This document shows, piece by piece, positions 41,941-51,510 of a stretch of 64,000 nt of DNA. The notes beneath the pieces are model-generated. The model worked only from the letters and a program-made list of their open reading frames with translations. It ran no database searches and was not told where the DNA came from. The stretch covers positions 6,562 through 70,561 of IMG/VR virus record IMGVR_UViG_3300025778_000016; one strand, given 5' to 3'. This DNA comes from a virus. How positions within the stretch are numbered: position 1 is the stretch's first letter; every line of letters begins with the position of its first letter. A program made the position numbers and the translations under genes.

Positions 41941-41948
41941 TATTTATC
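41941..41948 (-). promoter_or_regulatory. putative late promoter (GATAAATA)
   Basis: Intergenic motif upstream of the gp6-like gene. Confidence 0.65.
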
Positions 41949-41975
41949 GTACCTAAAAACGCAGTTTTTTATGTT

Positions 41976-42425
41976 TTATTGTAAGACTGCGCTATTGGTG
42001 TTAGGGTTAAAATAAATGTTTAACACCCCTGGATTATTGAATGGATTTATTGAAATTTGAACCTGAAGTAATATTCCATTTTCTTGAGGGAACGCTTGAA
42101 CGTATCCTAACTGTATTCTAGGGTCTAAATCTATAAGTCTTTTGATTTCTGCTTCTATTTGATATTGAGTATCAGAACTATTTGGTTCAAAAATAAATGA
42201 CCACAGTGTGGTTCCATATTGCGGTTGCCCTACTTTTTGTCCCTGTGGTATGTTTAAACTATTTAAAAAGTCTCTTATAATTAATTGTTCATCTACTAAC
42301 ATGAATTTGTTACCATAACTAACAGGTTTTAATACGCTGCCAGGCGCTACACCTGTGCCACTATTTAAAGTAGTAGTTCTAGGATCGTTTGCTTGTATTG
42401 TTGAAAAACCTATATAGTTTGGCAT
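41976..42425 (-). CDS. gp25: baseplate wedge subunit, gp25/GPW family
   Basis: GQKVGQPQYGTTLWSFIFEP...DPRI matches the gp25 GER..P.FG...LFEP...EPR pattern. Confidence 0.85.
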   Translation of the reverse strand: MPNYIGFSTIQANDPRTTTLNSGTGVAPGSVLKPVSYGNKFMLVDEQLIIRDFLNSLNIPQGQKVGQPQYGTTLWSFIFEPNSSDTQYQIEAEIKRLIDLDPRIQLGYVQAFPQENGILLQVQISINPFNNPGVLNIYFNPNTNSAVLQ

Positions 42426-42441
42426 ATCATTACTCTTTTAA

Positions 42442-42449
42442 TATTTATC
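42442..42449 (-). promoter_or_regulatory. putative late promoter (GATAAATA) overlapping a stop codon
   Basis: Motif upstream of the gp25-like gene. Confidence 0.55.
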
Positions 42450-44958
42450 CAGCAGTTGTTTGTTTCAAAGCTGTGTACGTTTGTTGTGCTTGAATAATTC
42501 TTGGATCGCCCTGTGGATAATTATTTTGAGCATATTGTAAATTATTATAAGCATTTGTAACTTGACTGTTTAACGCAATTAAGTTGTTGCTTGATGTTTG
42601 TGCGGCCGTTTGTGCTGTAGCTATAGAAGCCGCTGTCTTTAAGTTTGGTGTTGTGAAAGTTCCTCCCAATAAAGTAGGAGGTGTGGCAACACCGTTTAAA
42701 ATTCTTAATACAGCAGCATTGACTGCTGTTCTAACAATGGTATTAGTTGCTACTGTTGGAGTAATTATACCACCAGTTGCTGTGCTACCGCCGTTTCCTC
42801 CACTTACTGAACTGCTACCTGCAAACATTTGAGCAGCACCCGAATTTGTTAAACTATTAACTAGCGATTGTAATGGGCTGCTAGTAATTTGATCTGGAGC
42901 AACCGCCACACTTGCTATTTCACTGTTAAGCTGTGATTGCGCTATCTCCTCGTCTGTTGCCTGTGTGTTATCATTCCAAGCATCAGGATTAAATGCGTCA
43001 GCACCACTCGGCGTTGTGTCTACTTGATATTGAGCGTTTGGACTTAATTCTATTTCTTGTAATCCATTGTTGCCTGAAGATGCGTTTTGTGCTTGTACCG
43101 CAATAGATGTTGAGCCTGGTAAATTGCTATTTGTAGTATCACTTAAATCTACTGTGCTTGCTGTTGAACCGATTCCACCTGGTAATATTAATGCTCCTGC
43201 GGCAATTTCGGCAGCGTTTTGTCCACTAGCTATATTTTGAGCAAGAGGGGTTAATTCGCCTTCTCCTACTAAAAGGGTTGTACTGCTAGCAGCAAAAGTA
43301 TTGTGGCACAAATCATCAGTTAAATTACCTGTACTTTGTTGTATTGGTATTGCGTTTGCTGTATTACTATAATCAGGTTTTAATGCGTTTGTAATTGATG
43401 TTGTAACAGAGTTAAGTGCGCCTTGTATGCTAGTACCAACTGCTTTACCTGCTGATTGTCCTAAGGCAGACACAACTGCATTTCCTGCCTGTCTTAGTGT
43501 ACTACTTGCTATGCTACTTGCTATACTTGAAGCTGAACTTGGGCTTTTTGCTACACTTGCTACTAAAGTTGTTTTAGCTACGTTTACTAGTACTGCTGTT
43601 AAATTTACTGGGACACCAACTTGTAATTTAGGCATACTTGATGCTATAGCAGTAAAGGCTGTTGCTGCTGTGCCTCTTTGTGAACTGTTTAATTGTGCGT
43701 AACTTGGAACTGTACTTAATCCACCCAATGCTGTTTTTAAACCACTTAAGTTGGGGCCACCGCCGCCAAATAGTCCGCCAATAATATTACCAACACCTAA
43801 GGCTTGTAATCCTGCTCCTAGTGCTGCTCCAGCAACACTGCTGACAGCACCGCTAAAGGCATTACCTAGTGCGCCACCTACTTGACTACCAAAGGCACTT
43901 GTTAAACTACCACTTACACTCTGAGTTAAACTAGTTAATGCGCCACCAGTAAGATTATTAATACCTGCCGTAGCTATGCCTCCTAATCCGCCACCTATTG
44001 CCCCAGTGACGCCTGATATTCCTGCGCCAGCTGCGTTTTGTGCCACATTAAATCCTAAACTGCTTAATCCACTTTGAACTAAACTATTAACACCGCTACT
44101 TACAACATTTGTTAATGCGCCTGTGACTGCTTTACCTACGACACCACCTACGTTTTTTCCTAATACGCTGGTAAATGCATTATTAATACTGCCGCTGACG
44201 CTACCTACTAACATTCCTCCAACACCTTTGCTCAGTGATGTTCCAATGTTTACTACGGCATTATTAACCGATGTTCCCAAACTAGCAGGACTTGATGGAT
44301 CTCCTATATAAACATTAGCATAGAAACTTGGACTTGATGGACCAAAACCGCCTGCTGCTATGCCTGTAACTGTTGGGACAGTTGATTGTGCTACTGGCTG
44401 AATACTGTTTAAACCTTTTACTAAAGTTATAGTTTGTGGTACACCAACTAAAGACCCAGCTAATACAGCACCTGCTATTTGACTACTATCTTCTTTACCT
44501 GTAATTAATCCTGAGTTTGTTAATTGTGTTTGTGATTGTTGTAAATTGGTTACAGCTACACTAGCTTGTGCGTTTTGATTTAATATTAGACTGTCAACAT
44601 CAGTAACTCCTAACTTACCTGTGAAAAACTGTGTTGGCATAGCTGTGCGTATATCGGCGCCGCCTGCTATTTGTGAGGCAACTAAATTACTACTACCTGG
44701 TTTGAGAATTCCCGCGCTTTCTAATTGGTAAGGAGTAAGAGCATATGCTCCTACAACAAGTTGATTGATTCCTTGGTCGTTTGGGCTAATAGCATACCCT
44801 ACTGTGCTAGCGGCGACAGTATTTGTATTGTATGCTGTAAAAGCTGCGATAGTCCCCAACAATGCTGTTGTTGTAGACTTGTCAATGCTTTGACTGACAG
44901 CTTGAACTTCAGGCTGACTATTAATAATACCTGTGCCAAACTGAACCGTAGAACTCAT
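42445..44958 (-). CDS. Gly/Ala/Ser-rich virion protein, in frame with and abutting the spike gene
   Basis: Long uncharged glycine-zipper-like central region, within the baseplate operon. Confidence 0.65.
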   Translation of the reverse strand: MSSTVQFGTGIINSQPEVQAVSQSIDKSTTTALLGTIAAFTAYNTNTVAASTVGYAISPNDQGINQLVVGAYALTPYQLESAGILKPGSSNLVASQIAGGADIRTAMPTQFFTGKLGVTDVDSLILNQNAQASVAVTNLQQSQTQLTNSGLITGKEDSSQIAGAVLAGSLVGVPQTITLVKGLNSIQPVAQSTVPTVTGIAAGGFGPSSPSFYANVYIGDPSSPASLGTSVNNAVVNIGTSLSKGVGGMLVGSVSGSINNAFTSVLGKNVGGVVGKAVTGALTNVVSSGVNSLVQSGLSSLGFNVAQNAAGAGISGVTGAIGGGLGGIATAGINNLTGGALTSLTQSVSGSLTSAFGSQVGGALGNAFSGAVSSVAGAALGAGLQALGVGNIIGGLFGGGGPNLSGLKTALGGLSTVPSYAQLNSSQRGTAATAFTAIASSMPKLQVGVPVNLTAVLVNVAKTTLVASVAKSPSSASSIASSIASSTLRQAGNAVVSALGQSAGKAVGTSIQGALNSVTTSITNALKPDYSNTANAIPIQQSTGNLTDDLCHNTFAASSTTLLVGEGELTPLAQNIASGQNAAEIAAGALILPGGIGSTASTVDLSDTTNSNLPGSTSIAVQAQNASSGNNGLQEIELSPNAQYQVDTTPSGADAFNPDAWNDNTQATDEEIAQSQLNSEIASVAVAPDQITSSPLQSLVNSLTNSGAAQMFAGSSSVSGGNGGSTATGGIITPTVATNTIVRTAVNAAVLRILNGVATPPTLLGGTFTTPNLKTAASIATAQTAAQTSSNNLIALNSQVTNAYNNLQYAQNNYPQGDPRIIQAQQTYTALKQTTAG

Positions 44959-46464
44959 TTAGGGGCCACCTCCTGCTATACTATTTACGTTAGACAATGC
45001 TGGGTTAGCGTTGCTAGGGAAGTTTGCTGAGGCATCAAGATCAGATTTTACAGCTACACCCTGATTAGCATTTAGCCATGGCATATGTGCTGGACATCTG
45101 CTTGTAATTGACAATAAACTATTTGGTGCTGCCAAAAAGCCTTTATCGTTGTCAAAAAGTGTATCTGTTTGGGCAGCAAATGGAATTGAACTTTGTCCTT
45201 GTGGCTGAGTGCCAATTTGCCCTGTGTTTAATAAAACTTTTGTTCCTGTCACATAAGCCGCTGCTGCTCCAGCAATACCTATTTCTGCGCCAGAACCTAA
45301 ACTACATGACCCTCCTGATAATACTGTAAATGTTTTATCAGCACTTATATTATAATCTGCGCCTACTCTATGTTTTGCGCCTGCTTCAGTATTAATGTTT
45401 AAAGCATTACTATGTATGTTTAATGTTTTAGTAGCGTGTATGTTAATATTATTATCTGCATGTAGGTTTAAATCACCCTGTGTTCTAACATTAAAACTAT
45501 TAGTACTATAAATGTCTACTGTGCCTTCTTTGCCTAATTCAATATAACTTTGTCCATTACTATGTAAAATTGTTAGTACTTGACCATCGTCACTCATAGT
45601 AATTTGATGACCCAAGGCAGTTCGTATTCTTATTAACTGATCACGTCCTGCGATATCGCCATCATCCATTACTATACTATGACCGCCTTTGCGGCTAATT
45701 ACATCTAATGAACTGGCTGGTGCCGTGTTAGCGTCTTGAATTGCTGTGGCATCATCATATCCACCTTGATAAATTGGTCTACCTGGAGTGCTTACACCCC
45801 AGCCTACAGTACTTGGTGTTTCACGATTTGCGCTACTGCTAATTGGGCCTCGTATTGGATCTCTAATAGTACCCTGTTGAAACATTATTGCTGCTTGATA
45901 GCTATGAATAGGTTTAGGAGCACTTAAGTAAGTTGCTCCATCACTTATTCCTGAATTATCACCATTGATATTAGTTACTGGCAATCTTGGTGCGCCGCCT
46001 AAACTATTTGCTTCGCCATCATTGTTAGGCACAACACTATCAACAGCACCTATAGCAGGTACCATTTGCAGTGCGCTTTCGTCTGGCACACAGCCTATAT
46101 AATAACCTAAGCTAGGATCTCCATTAACAAATACACAAATAACATTTGTGCCAACGTCAGGTGGACTATTCCACATACCATAACTTATTGGATTGCTACC
46201 GAATCCACCATAGCCTGTATTATTACTATTACCCGATAATTGTCCATAAAACGGACTAGCAAAATTTACTTGCATCCAGCTAGTAGGATCTTCAGGTGGT
46301 TTATTGTTAATACCTGCTATATAAACCATTAGTTTGCCTGAACGTGTAGCATCAATATTGCTTTTAACAACGCCTAATACAGGCCAACTTATACTAGCTG
46401 CTCCGCCTGCCTCGGGTTTATTTGCTTTACTAACGCCTTTTTGTTTAATATTATCTTGTGCCAT
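44959..46464 (-). CDS. gp5: baseplate central spike, gp5/VgrG-like
   Basis: OB-fold (GVVKSNIDATRSGKLMVYI...W...PPDVGTNVICVFVNGD), then GHSIVMDD/GHQITMSDD and beta-helix repeats. Confidence 0.85.
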   Translation of the reverse strand: MAQDNIKQKGVSKANKPEAGGAASISWPVLGVVKSNIDATRSGKLMVYIAGINNKPPEDPTSWMQVNFASPFYGQLSGNSNNTGYGGFGSNPISYGMWNSPPDVGTNVICVFVNGDPSLGYYIGCVPDESALQMVPAIGAVDSVVPNNDGEANSLGGAPRLPVTNINGDNSGISDGATYLSAPKPIHSYQAAIMFQQGTIRDPIRGPISSSANRETPSTVGWGVSTPGRPIYQGGYDDATAIQDANTAPASSLDVISRKGGHSIVMDDGDIAGRDQLIRIRTALGHQITMSDDGQVLTILHSNGQSYIELGKEGTVDIYSTNSFNVRTQGDLNLHADNNINIHATKTLNIHSNALNINTEAGAKHRVGADYNISADKTFTVLSGGSCSLGSGAEIGIAGAAAAYVTGTKVLLNTGQIGTQPQGQSSIPFAAQTDTLFDNDKGFLAAPNSLLSITSRCPAHMPWLNANQGVAVKSDLDASANFPSNANPALSNVNSIAGGGP

Positions 46465-46476
46465 AAATTCTCTTTA

Positions 46477-48759
46477 TTAGGGACCTCTTCCTTGATTTGT
46501 AAATAATATGCTTTGTGTATTGTTTTGACTTTGTACAGATATTGGATTTTGATCATCGTTGGTACTAGGTACAGTTGGTGTTAAATTGGATGTAGACAAT
46601 GCGCCTGCTTTAATACCAAAATAACTTTCTACAAGACTTGGTTGAGTTTTTGTTGGGCTATTAGTATTATTATTGTTAGTGTTTCTATTTTGCGATGAGT
46701 TTGTATTATCTTTCGTAGCCAATTGCCATTGCGCACCATTCAATGTCAACTCTTGTTCAAATACACCTTGTCTAAAAGTATTGTTTACATCTAAAATCCA
46801 CAATGGTATACCATTGAATTTGATTCCATTTGGCAATGGTCCAAAACTTATATTGCTGTTTAAGTCTAATAATCCTGTACTATCATTATAATCTGTTGAT
46901 TCTCTAATATTAACTTCTACAAATACTTGCGAACTATTTGGATTTACTGTAAATGAATTAAAATTATAGTATTTGTTGTAGGGGGCATATGCGTTTAAAT
47001 TTGGATTCATTAAAAAATCTGGATCTCCTATGATTTTCATTCTAACATTTACATAAGCTCCTGGATCTTCTAAAAATGTTCTATAACTGTTAATTGCTTC
47101 CATTGTTGGACCAATTTTTCCTTGTTGATTAACATTATTCTTTTTGCCTGGAGCAATTGGAACATTACCGCCATTGTTTGCGCTATATGGATTATTAGGG
47201 TCATTTGTTATAAAACCATAATAGTAAAGATTATCAAACTCAAAATGTAAATCTAATATTTCACTATTTTTTCCTGTAAAAATATAATTATAAAGTTTAT
47301 ATGCTCCAGGATAAGGAGGAGTGTTGGTACCAACAGAAGGTGCCTGAATAGCTGGAGTATCATAAGTTGTTATAATTAATATTATTTTGTAAACCCAGTC
47401 TCCTCTTTTTTTGTCCCAACCTTTTACCTCAACATGCGAACTTAAATTATACCAACTGATTGTACTTGGCGATGCTATGGGCAAATCACTTTCGGCTCCT
47501 GTAGTAGGATCAGACTCACTTGTACTTTTAGGTATGTTTGCTAAAGCATCTGTTATGTATGTGCTTTGCCCTATTATTTGTCCAATTATTGAACTTAAAT
47601 TTTGACCAGAGCCAAAAGATAATGTTCTTTGATTTGGATCAGGCTGTGTGGTAATTGATGTTACGGGATTTACTTGACTTGGATTTGTTATAGTACTTGG
47701 AGTAGCACTCCATGTTGCTTTGTTAACATCGGCAGGAGTAACTAATTTAGCAGTTCGTATTTTATCAGCATCTGGACCTTTGTAGATTATACTATATTCA
47801 TTTGCTAATTCAGCAACACCATCAGCGCTAACATATGATTGTTCAGTTTTATTAAAAGTATTGACTACATCATTTAAGGCATCTTCAACTGTAGCGCCAT
47901 TTACTGTTATTGTACTATCTAAACTGCCTCTTTTACTGCTTATTGCCTCGCCTGGAGGTAAACTTACTGCTACTATATTATAAACTGAGGGTTTCCCAGA
48001 TAATTTAAATTTAAGTGTATTAATTTTTAAATCATAGTAAGTATTGAAAATTCCATTGTTGTTGCCTTGATTATCTAACGTTACACCATTATAAACTTCA
48101 CTGCCATTCGCTATGCTACCATCTTTATTGTAACCTAAAAATTTTATACCTAAAATAAAAATACCTCTTAATGCGGTACTTGGTTTATCGCTATTACTTC
48201 CCTGAACACTACTATCTGGTTGTCCATATAACTGATCGCTAGCATAAGCTATATTTTTAATAAAACTAAAACCATAGGGTTCTATAATATCAAATTCAAA
48301 ATTAATATTAAAATTATCACCGCCTGCTGCTTTAGCAGTCATTAGTGTGTGAAATCTTAAATTGTCAATATAATAATCATATTGAAACCCTGGTGCTCTA
48401 TTTGTTGTTTTATCATTTATGCCACCACTTTGAGCAATTAAATATACACCATTGTTGCTGTTTGGTTGATTTTTAACTTGAGTAATATCATTTCTACCAG
48501 ACTGAACCCATAGATTATACGCTGCGCTAGTAACCATATACAAACTTAATTGATAGGTATAATCAGCCAAATATCCTAATGGATTTTGTTGTCTAACGCC
48601 TGGAGTACTTACTTGATTTGGATTAGCTGTTGTACTTGGTGCTGCTGTTGATGTTGGGTTGCCTGCCGCGCCACTGCTACCCTGTCCATAAACACTGGGA
48701 TTTTGTTGTTGATTAGAACTTGGATTGTTACTTGCTGATTGATCGTCATTTGGTGCCAT
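46477..48759 (-). CDS. baseplate hub protein (gp27-like)
   Basis: Lies between the gp53-like and gp5-like genes. C-terminal MKIIGDPDFL...VNNTFRQGVFEQELTL is typical of hub proteins. Confidence 0.6.
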   Translation of the reverse strand: MAPNDDQSASNNPSSNQQQNPSVYGQGSSGAAGNPTSTAAPSTTANPNQVSTPGVRQQNPLGYLADYTYQLSLYMVTSAAYNLWVQSGRNDITQVKNQPNSNNGVYLIAQSGGINDKTTNRAPGFQYDYYIDNLRFHTLMTAKAAGGDNFNINFEFDIIEPYGFSFIKNIAYASDQLYGQPDSSVQGSNSDKPSTALRGIFILGIKFLGYNKDGSIANGSEVYNGVTLDNQGNNNGIFNTYYDLKINTLKFKLSGKPSVYNIVAVSLPPGEAISSKRGSLDSTITVNGATVEDALNDVVNTFNKTEQSYVSADGVAELANEYSIIYKGPDADKIRTAKLVTPADVNKATWSATPSTITNPSQVNPVTSITTQPDPNQRTLSFGSGQNLSSIIGQIIGQSTYITDALANIPKSTSESDPTTGAESDLPIASPSTISWYNLSSHVEVKGWDKKRGDWVYKIILIITTYDTPAIQAPSVGTNTPPYPGAYKLYNYIFTGKNSEILDLHFEFDNLYYYGFITNDPNNPYSANNGGNVPIAPGKKNNVNQQGKIGPTMEAINSYRTFLEDPGAYVNVRMKIIGDPDFLMNPNLNAYAPYNKYYNFNSFTVNPNSSQVFVEVNIRESTDYNDSTGLLDLNSNISFGPLPNGIKFNGIPLWILDVNNTFRQGVFEQELTLNGAQWQLATKDNTNSSQNRNTNNNNTNSPTKTQPSLVESYFGIKAGALSTSNLTPTVPSTNDDQNPISVQSQNNTQSILFTNQGRGP

Positions 48760-48762
48760 AAA

Positions 48763-49077
48763 TTAAATGCCCAATGCTTGTTGAATTGTTGTTTGCTGTG
48801 GTAAGTAGATAGAAATTCCTGCGACTAAATTAAACACAGGGTCAGGACCTAATACATTTGGATTTCGTGACGCAAATACCCACCATAGTTTACTATCACC
48901 ATATAAGTCATAGGCTAACAAATCAGGTCTATATTGATAAACAATTGGCACTTGATAGTACACATCGCTAACTAAAGCGGGAATAGGACGATATACCATG
49001 ACATCTAAAAATTTATTGTTAAAAACGTCTGTGTTATAGTAGTTGCTTATTTTTGGGTATATATTTTGATTTGACAT
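48763..49077 (-). CDS. gp53: baseplate wedge subunit, gp53/LysM-like
   Basis: YRPDLLAYDLYGDSKLWWVFASRN motif. Confidence 0.85.
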   Translation of the reverse strand: MSNQNIYPKISNYYNTDVFNNKFLDVMVYRPIPALVSDVYYQVPIVYQYRPDLLAYDLYGDSKLWWVFASRNPNVLGPDPVFNLVAGISIYLPQQTTIQQALGI

Positions 49078-50486
49078 TACCAGTATCCTTTACTTAGCAG
49101 ATTTCCTGTAGCGTAATCTTTTACGCTAAAGTTGTTGCTGATATCGTTTCTGCTGACAATTGGGTATGCTGATATTTGAAGTTGCATCATTGTAGGAACA
49201 TACGTAGGCGATACAGTTCCAATAGGTGGAATTCCAAAATCAGGTGGAGGTACACTGCCTCCCTGTGTTACAGTATTACCTAATCGTTGTTGAGAAAGAG
49301 CGGGAGCGTTTGCTAAAGCACTGCTGCTTACACCAGGATTTACAGTTTGTGTGCCTGCTCTAATATAATCTACATCATTAGGTAAACTATAATTAAAATT
49401 TGTTATTACTAATGGATGATTATTAAATTGAAAAGCTCCCAATCCATAAAGATAGCACAATGGGGGTGGAACTCCTGGCTTACTATCTTGTCCATAAAAC
49501 ATTTTTGTAACAGTTCTAAAAAAATGTATAACTGCTAACAAATATTCTGCTTCAGCATTATCTTGTGCTGTAAAATCACAGCCTATAGTTATTTCATCTA
49601 CGCTGCTACTTTGATAATTGTAAATTTTATAATTACTATGTGTTGGGCTTAATGACTCATAATTAGCACCATATCTTACTTGTACTACTGGGGTATATGG
49701 GAAAATTACCCCTTGAGTACGTGCTAGTGGCCCAAGTATGCCTGGAACTTTAGCTTTATACAGTATAGGAGGAGTATTTGGAGCAAGCATTAATTTAACT
49801 CGCCAGTCATTTCCTTGTTGATAGTTTGTGCTATTTTGTAATGACGCTTGTTGTTTTGCGGCATTAGTTTTACTAGGAACACCACTATTAGAATTACTAG
49901 GGTTAGAAGTTGTACCTGACCCAGTGTTAATTGGGACTGAAGTATTACCAGTTGATACTGTGGTACCCGTTAGTGTAGTTTGTACCCCAGAAACAGGTGA
50001 GGGGCTAGTTACAATTGTAATTGGTGTTGACACTGCTTGGCCAACTGCGGTTGAGCCGCCGATATTTAATTGGCTTCCATTGTTTAATTTAACATTACCA
50101 AATAAACCAGAAATAACACCGCTAGCTATGTTAGCTACATTTGATGATTGCTGTGGGACAGGGTTCTCTGGTTGAGTTGTCGGACCAACTTCATCGTCTA
50201 ACTGAGCATTAAATTCAGCAGATAAGTTATTATTATCTCCTATAATTTTTTGTGCGTCTGCATACGATAACGAACCATTTGATACAGCCAATGACAAATA
50301 TGCTGCTTGTTGACCAGTTGGGGCACCTGTAGCTACTAAATCATTAAATTGTTGCTGTGCTTGGTCAAAGGTAATGCCAGGATATGGCTCTTGTTGGTCC
50401 ACAGGAGGAATAACTATATTACCTACATCAGGTACTTCTATTCCCGGATCCTGACCTTGGTCTACTGTTGTATTGTCATCTGCCAT
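49077..50486 (-). CDS. tail tube initiator/baseplate protein (gp48/gp54-like) with a low-complexity N-terminal extension
   Basis: FPYTP...PPPLCYLYG...PLVITNFNYSLP tube-fold motifs, in baseplate operon position. Confidence 0.65.
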   Translation of the reverse strand: MADDNTTVDQGQDPGIEVPDVGNIVIPPVDQQEPYPGITFDQAQQQFNDLVATGAPTGQQAAYLSLAVSNGSLSYADAQKIIGDNNNLSAEFNAQLDDEVGPTTQPENPVPQQSSNVANIASGVISGLFGNVKLNNGSQLNIGGSTAVGQAVSTPITIVTSPSPVSGVQTTLTGTTVSTGNTSVPINTGSGTTSNPSNSNSGVPSKTNAAKQQASLQNSTNYQQGNDWRVKLMLAPNTPPILYKAKVPGILGPLARTQGVIFPYTPVVQVRYGANYESLSPTHSNYKIYNYQSSSVDEITIGCDFTAQDNAEAEYLLAVIHFFRTVTKMFYGQDSKPGVPPPLCYLYGLGAFQFNNHPLVITNFNYSLPNDVDYIRAGTQTVNPGVSSSALANAPALSQQRLGNTVTQGGSVPPPDFGIPPIGTVSPTYVPTMMQLQISAYPIVSRNDISNNFSVKDYATGNLLSKGYW

Positions 50487-50505
50487 TTTATTTCCCAGCG
50501 TTAAA

Positions 50506-50513
50506 CATAAATA
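50506..50513 (+). promoter_or_regulatory. putative late promoter (CATAAATA) facing the gp55 gene
   Basis: Late-type motif in the divergent intergenic region. Confidence 0.4.
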
Positions 50514-50525
50514 GTTTGCTTATAA

Positions 50526-50533
50526 TATTTATC
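50526..50533 (-). promoter_or_regulatory. putative late promoter (GATAAATA) heading the tail/baseplate operon
   Basis: Motif 40 nt upstream of the ATG at 50486. Confidence 0.65.
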
Positions 50534-50566
50534 GCCGAAAAAATCACCAATTTATTCAATAACTTA

Positions 50567-50595
50567 TTGACATTATCTAATGTATAGTGTAATAT
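50567..50595 (+). promoter_or_regulatory. sigma70-type promoter for the gp55-gp47-gp46 operon
   Basis: Perfect -35 TTGACA (50567-72), 17-nt spacer and -10 TAATAT (50590-95). SD AAGGAAG precedes the ATG at 50619. Confidence 0.75.
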
Positions 50596-50618
50596 GTGTT
50601 CAATAATATAAGGAAGCT

Positions 50619-51509
50619 ATGACAGTCGCAAAAAAACCAGTCAATTATTTAAACAATAAAGACATTTTGAAAGAAATTCACGCAAGCAAAACAAGTTATT
50701 GCTGTTATACCAAACAAGAATATCATCAATATGACTTAATTATAGATACACCTGACAGTAGTTTAGAAAATTCGGTAAAACATATAATAAAACCTAGTAA
50801 AATTAAAGAAGCCAAAGAAAACCGTGCTGCCAGATTATCAATTGGGTTAGAAGAAAAATTAACACATAAAGACATACCCACAACTGATTTAGTATTTCGT
50901 GTAATGACTTGGGATCATATCCCAGTTAGTGCTAAACAACCAAAGAAAGTTGTTAAAAAGAAAACTGCTAAAGATATTTTAGAATTTATTGACGATGAAG
51001 AAAATGAATTTGACGATTTAGAAGATACCACTACTAAAGATGAAGTAGATGACATGGTACATGTCAAAGTAAACTTTCCACCCTTTCAACACTTTAAGAT
51101 TGATGAAAATGGCGATCCCTACTGTGTGGGCAAGAGTCATTGGAAAGGTGGGGTCAAAACTGGCGAATTTAGTAAAACTCATGGACAGATTACAGACAAA
51201 CTAGCAAGAATGTATATGATGCTATGTGAAAAGTATGCTATGAAGTTTAACTGGCGCGGTTACACATATAATGACGAAATGCGTGGTAGCGCAATATTAC
51301 AATTAACATATGTTGGGTTACGATTTAATGAGGCAAAAAGTGCCAACCCATTCGCATATTACACAGCAGCTATTACAAATAGTTTCTGTAGAGTATTGAA
51401 TACCGAAAAACGTAATCAAAACATTCGTGACGATATTCTAGAAATGAATAATTTAACACCAAGTTTTACACGACAAATGCAGGGAATGAAGTTCGATAGC
51501 GAAGAATAA
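50619..51509 (+). CDS. gp55: late-transcription sigma factor, T4 gp55-like
   Basis: NYLNNKDIL, NWRGYTYNDEM and NPFAYYTAAITNSF. Canonical gp55-gp47-gp46 order. Confidence 0.9.
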   Translation: MTVAKKPVNYLNNKDILKEIHASKTSYCCYTKQEYHQYDLIIDTPDSSLENSVKHIIKPSKIKEAKENRAARLSIGLEEKLTHKDIPTTDLVFRVMTWDHIPVSAKQPKKVVKKKTAKDILEFIDDEENEFDDLEDTTTKDEVDDMVHVKVNFPPFQHFKIDENGDPYCVGKSHWKGGVKTGEFSKTHGQITDKLARMYMMLCEKYAMKFNWRGYTYNDEMRGSAILQLTYVGLRFNEAKSANPFAYYTAAITNSFCRVLNTEKRNQNIRDDILEMNNLTPSFTRQMQGMKFDSEE

Positions 51510-51510
51510 T

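Noticed and set aside
41954-41968. AAAAAC-GCA-GTTTTT hairpin between gp25 and gp6 as a terminator
   Set aside because: The stem is almost all A-T, too weak to call, and it overlaps the T-tract upstream of a late promoter.
19-50175. Many short + strand ORFs (60-115 aa) opposite the long minus-strand genes
   Set aside because: They are antisense shadows of genes with clear motifs. I recognised no domains in them, and their composition mirrors the codon bias of the real strand.
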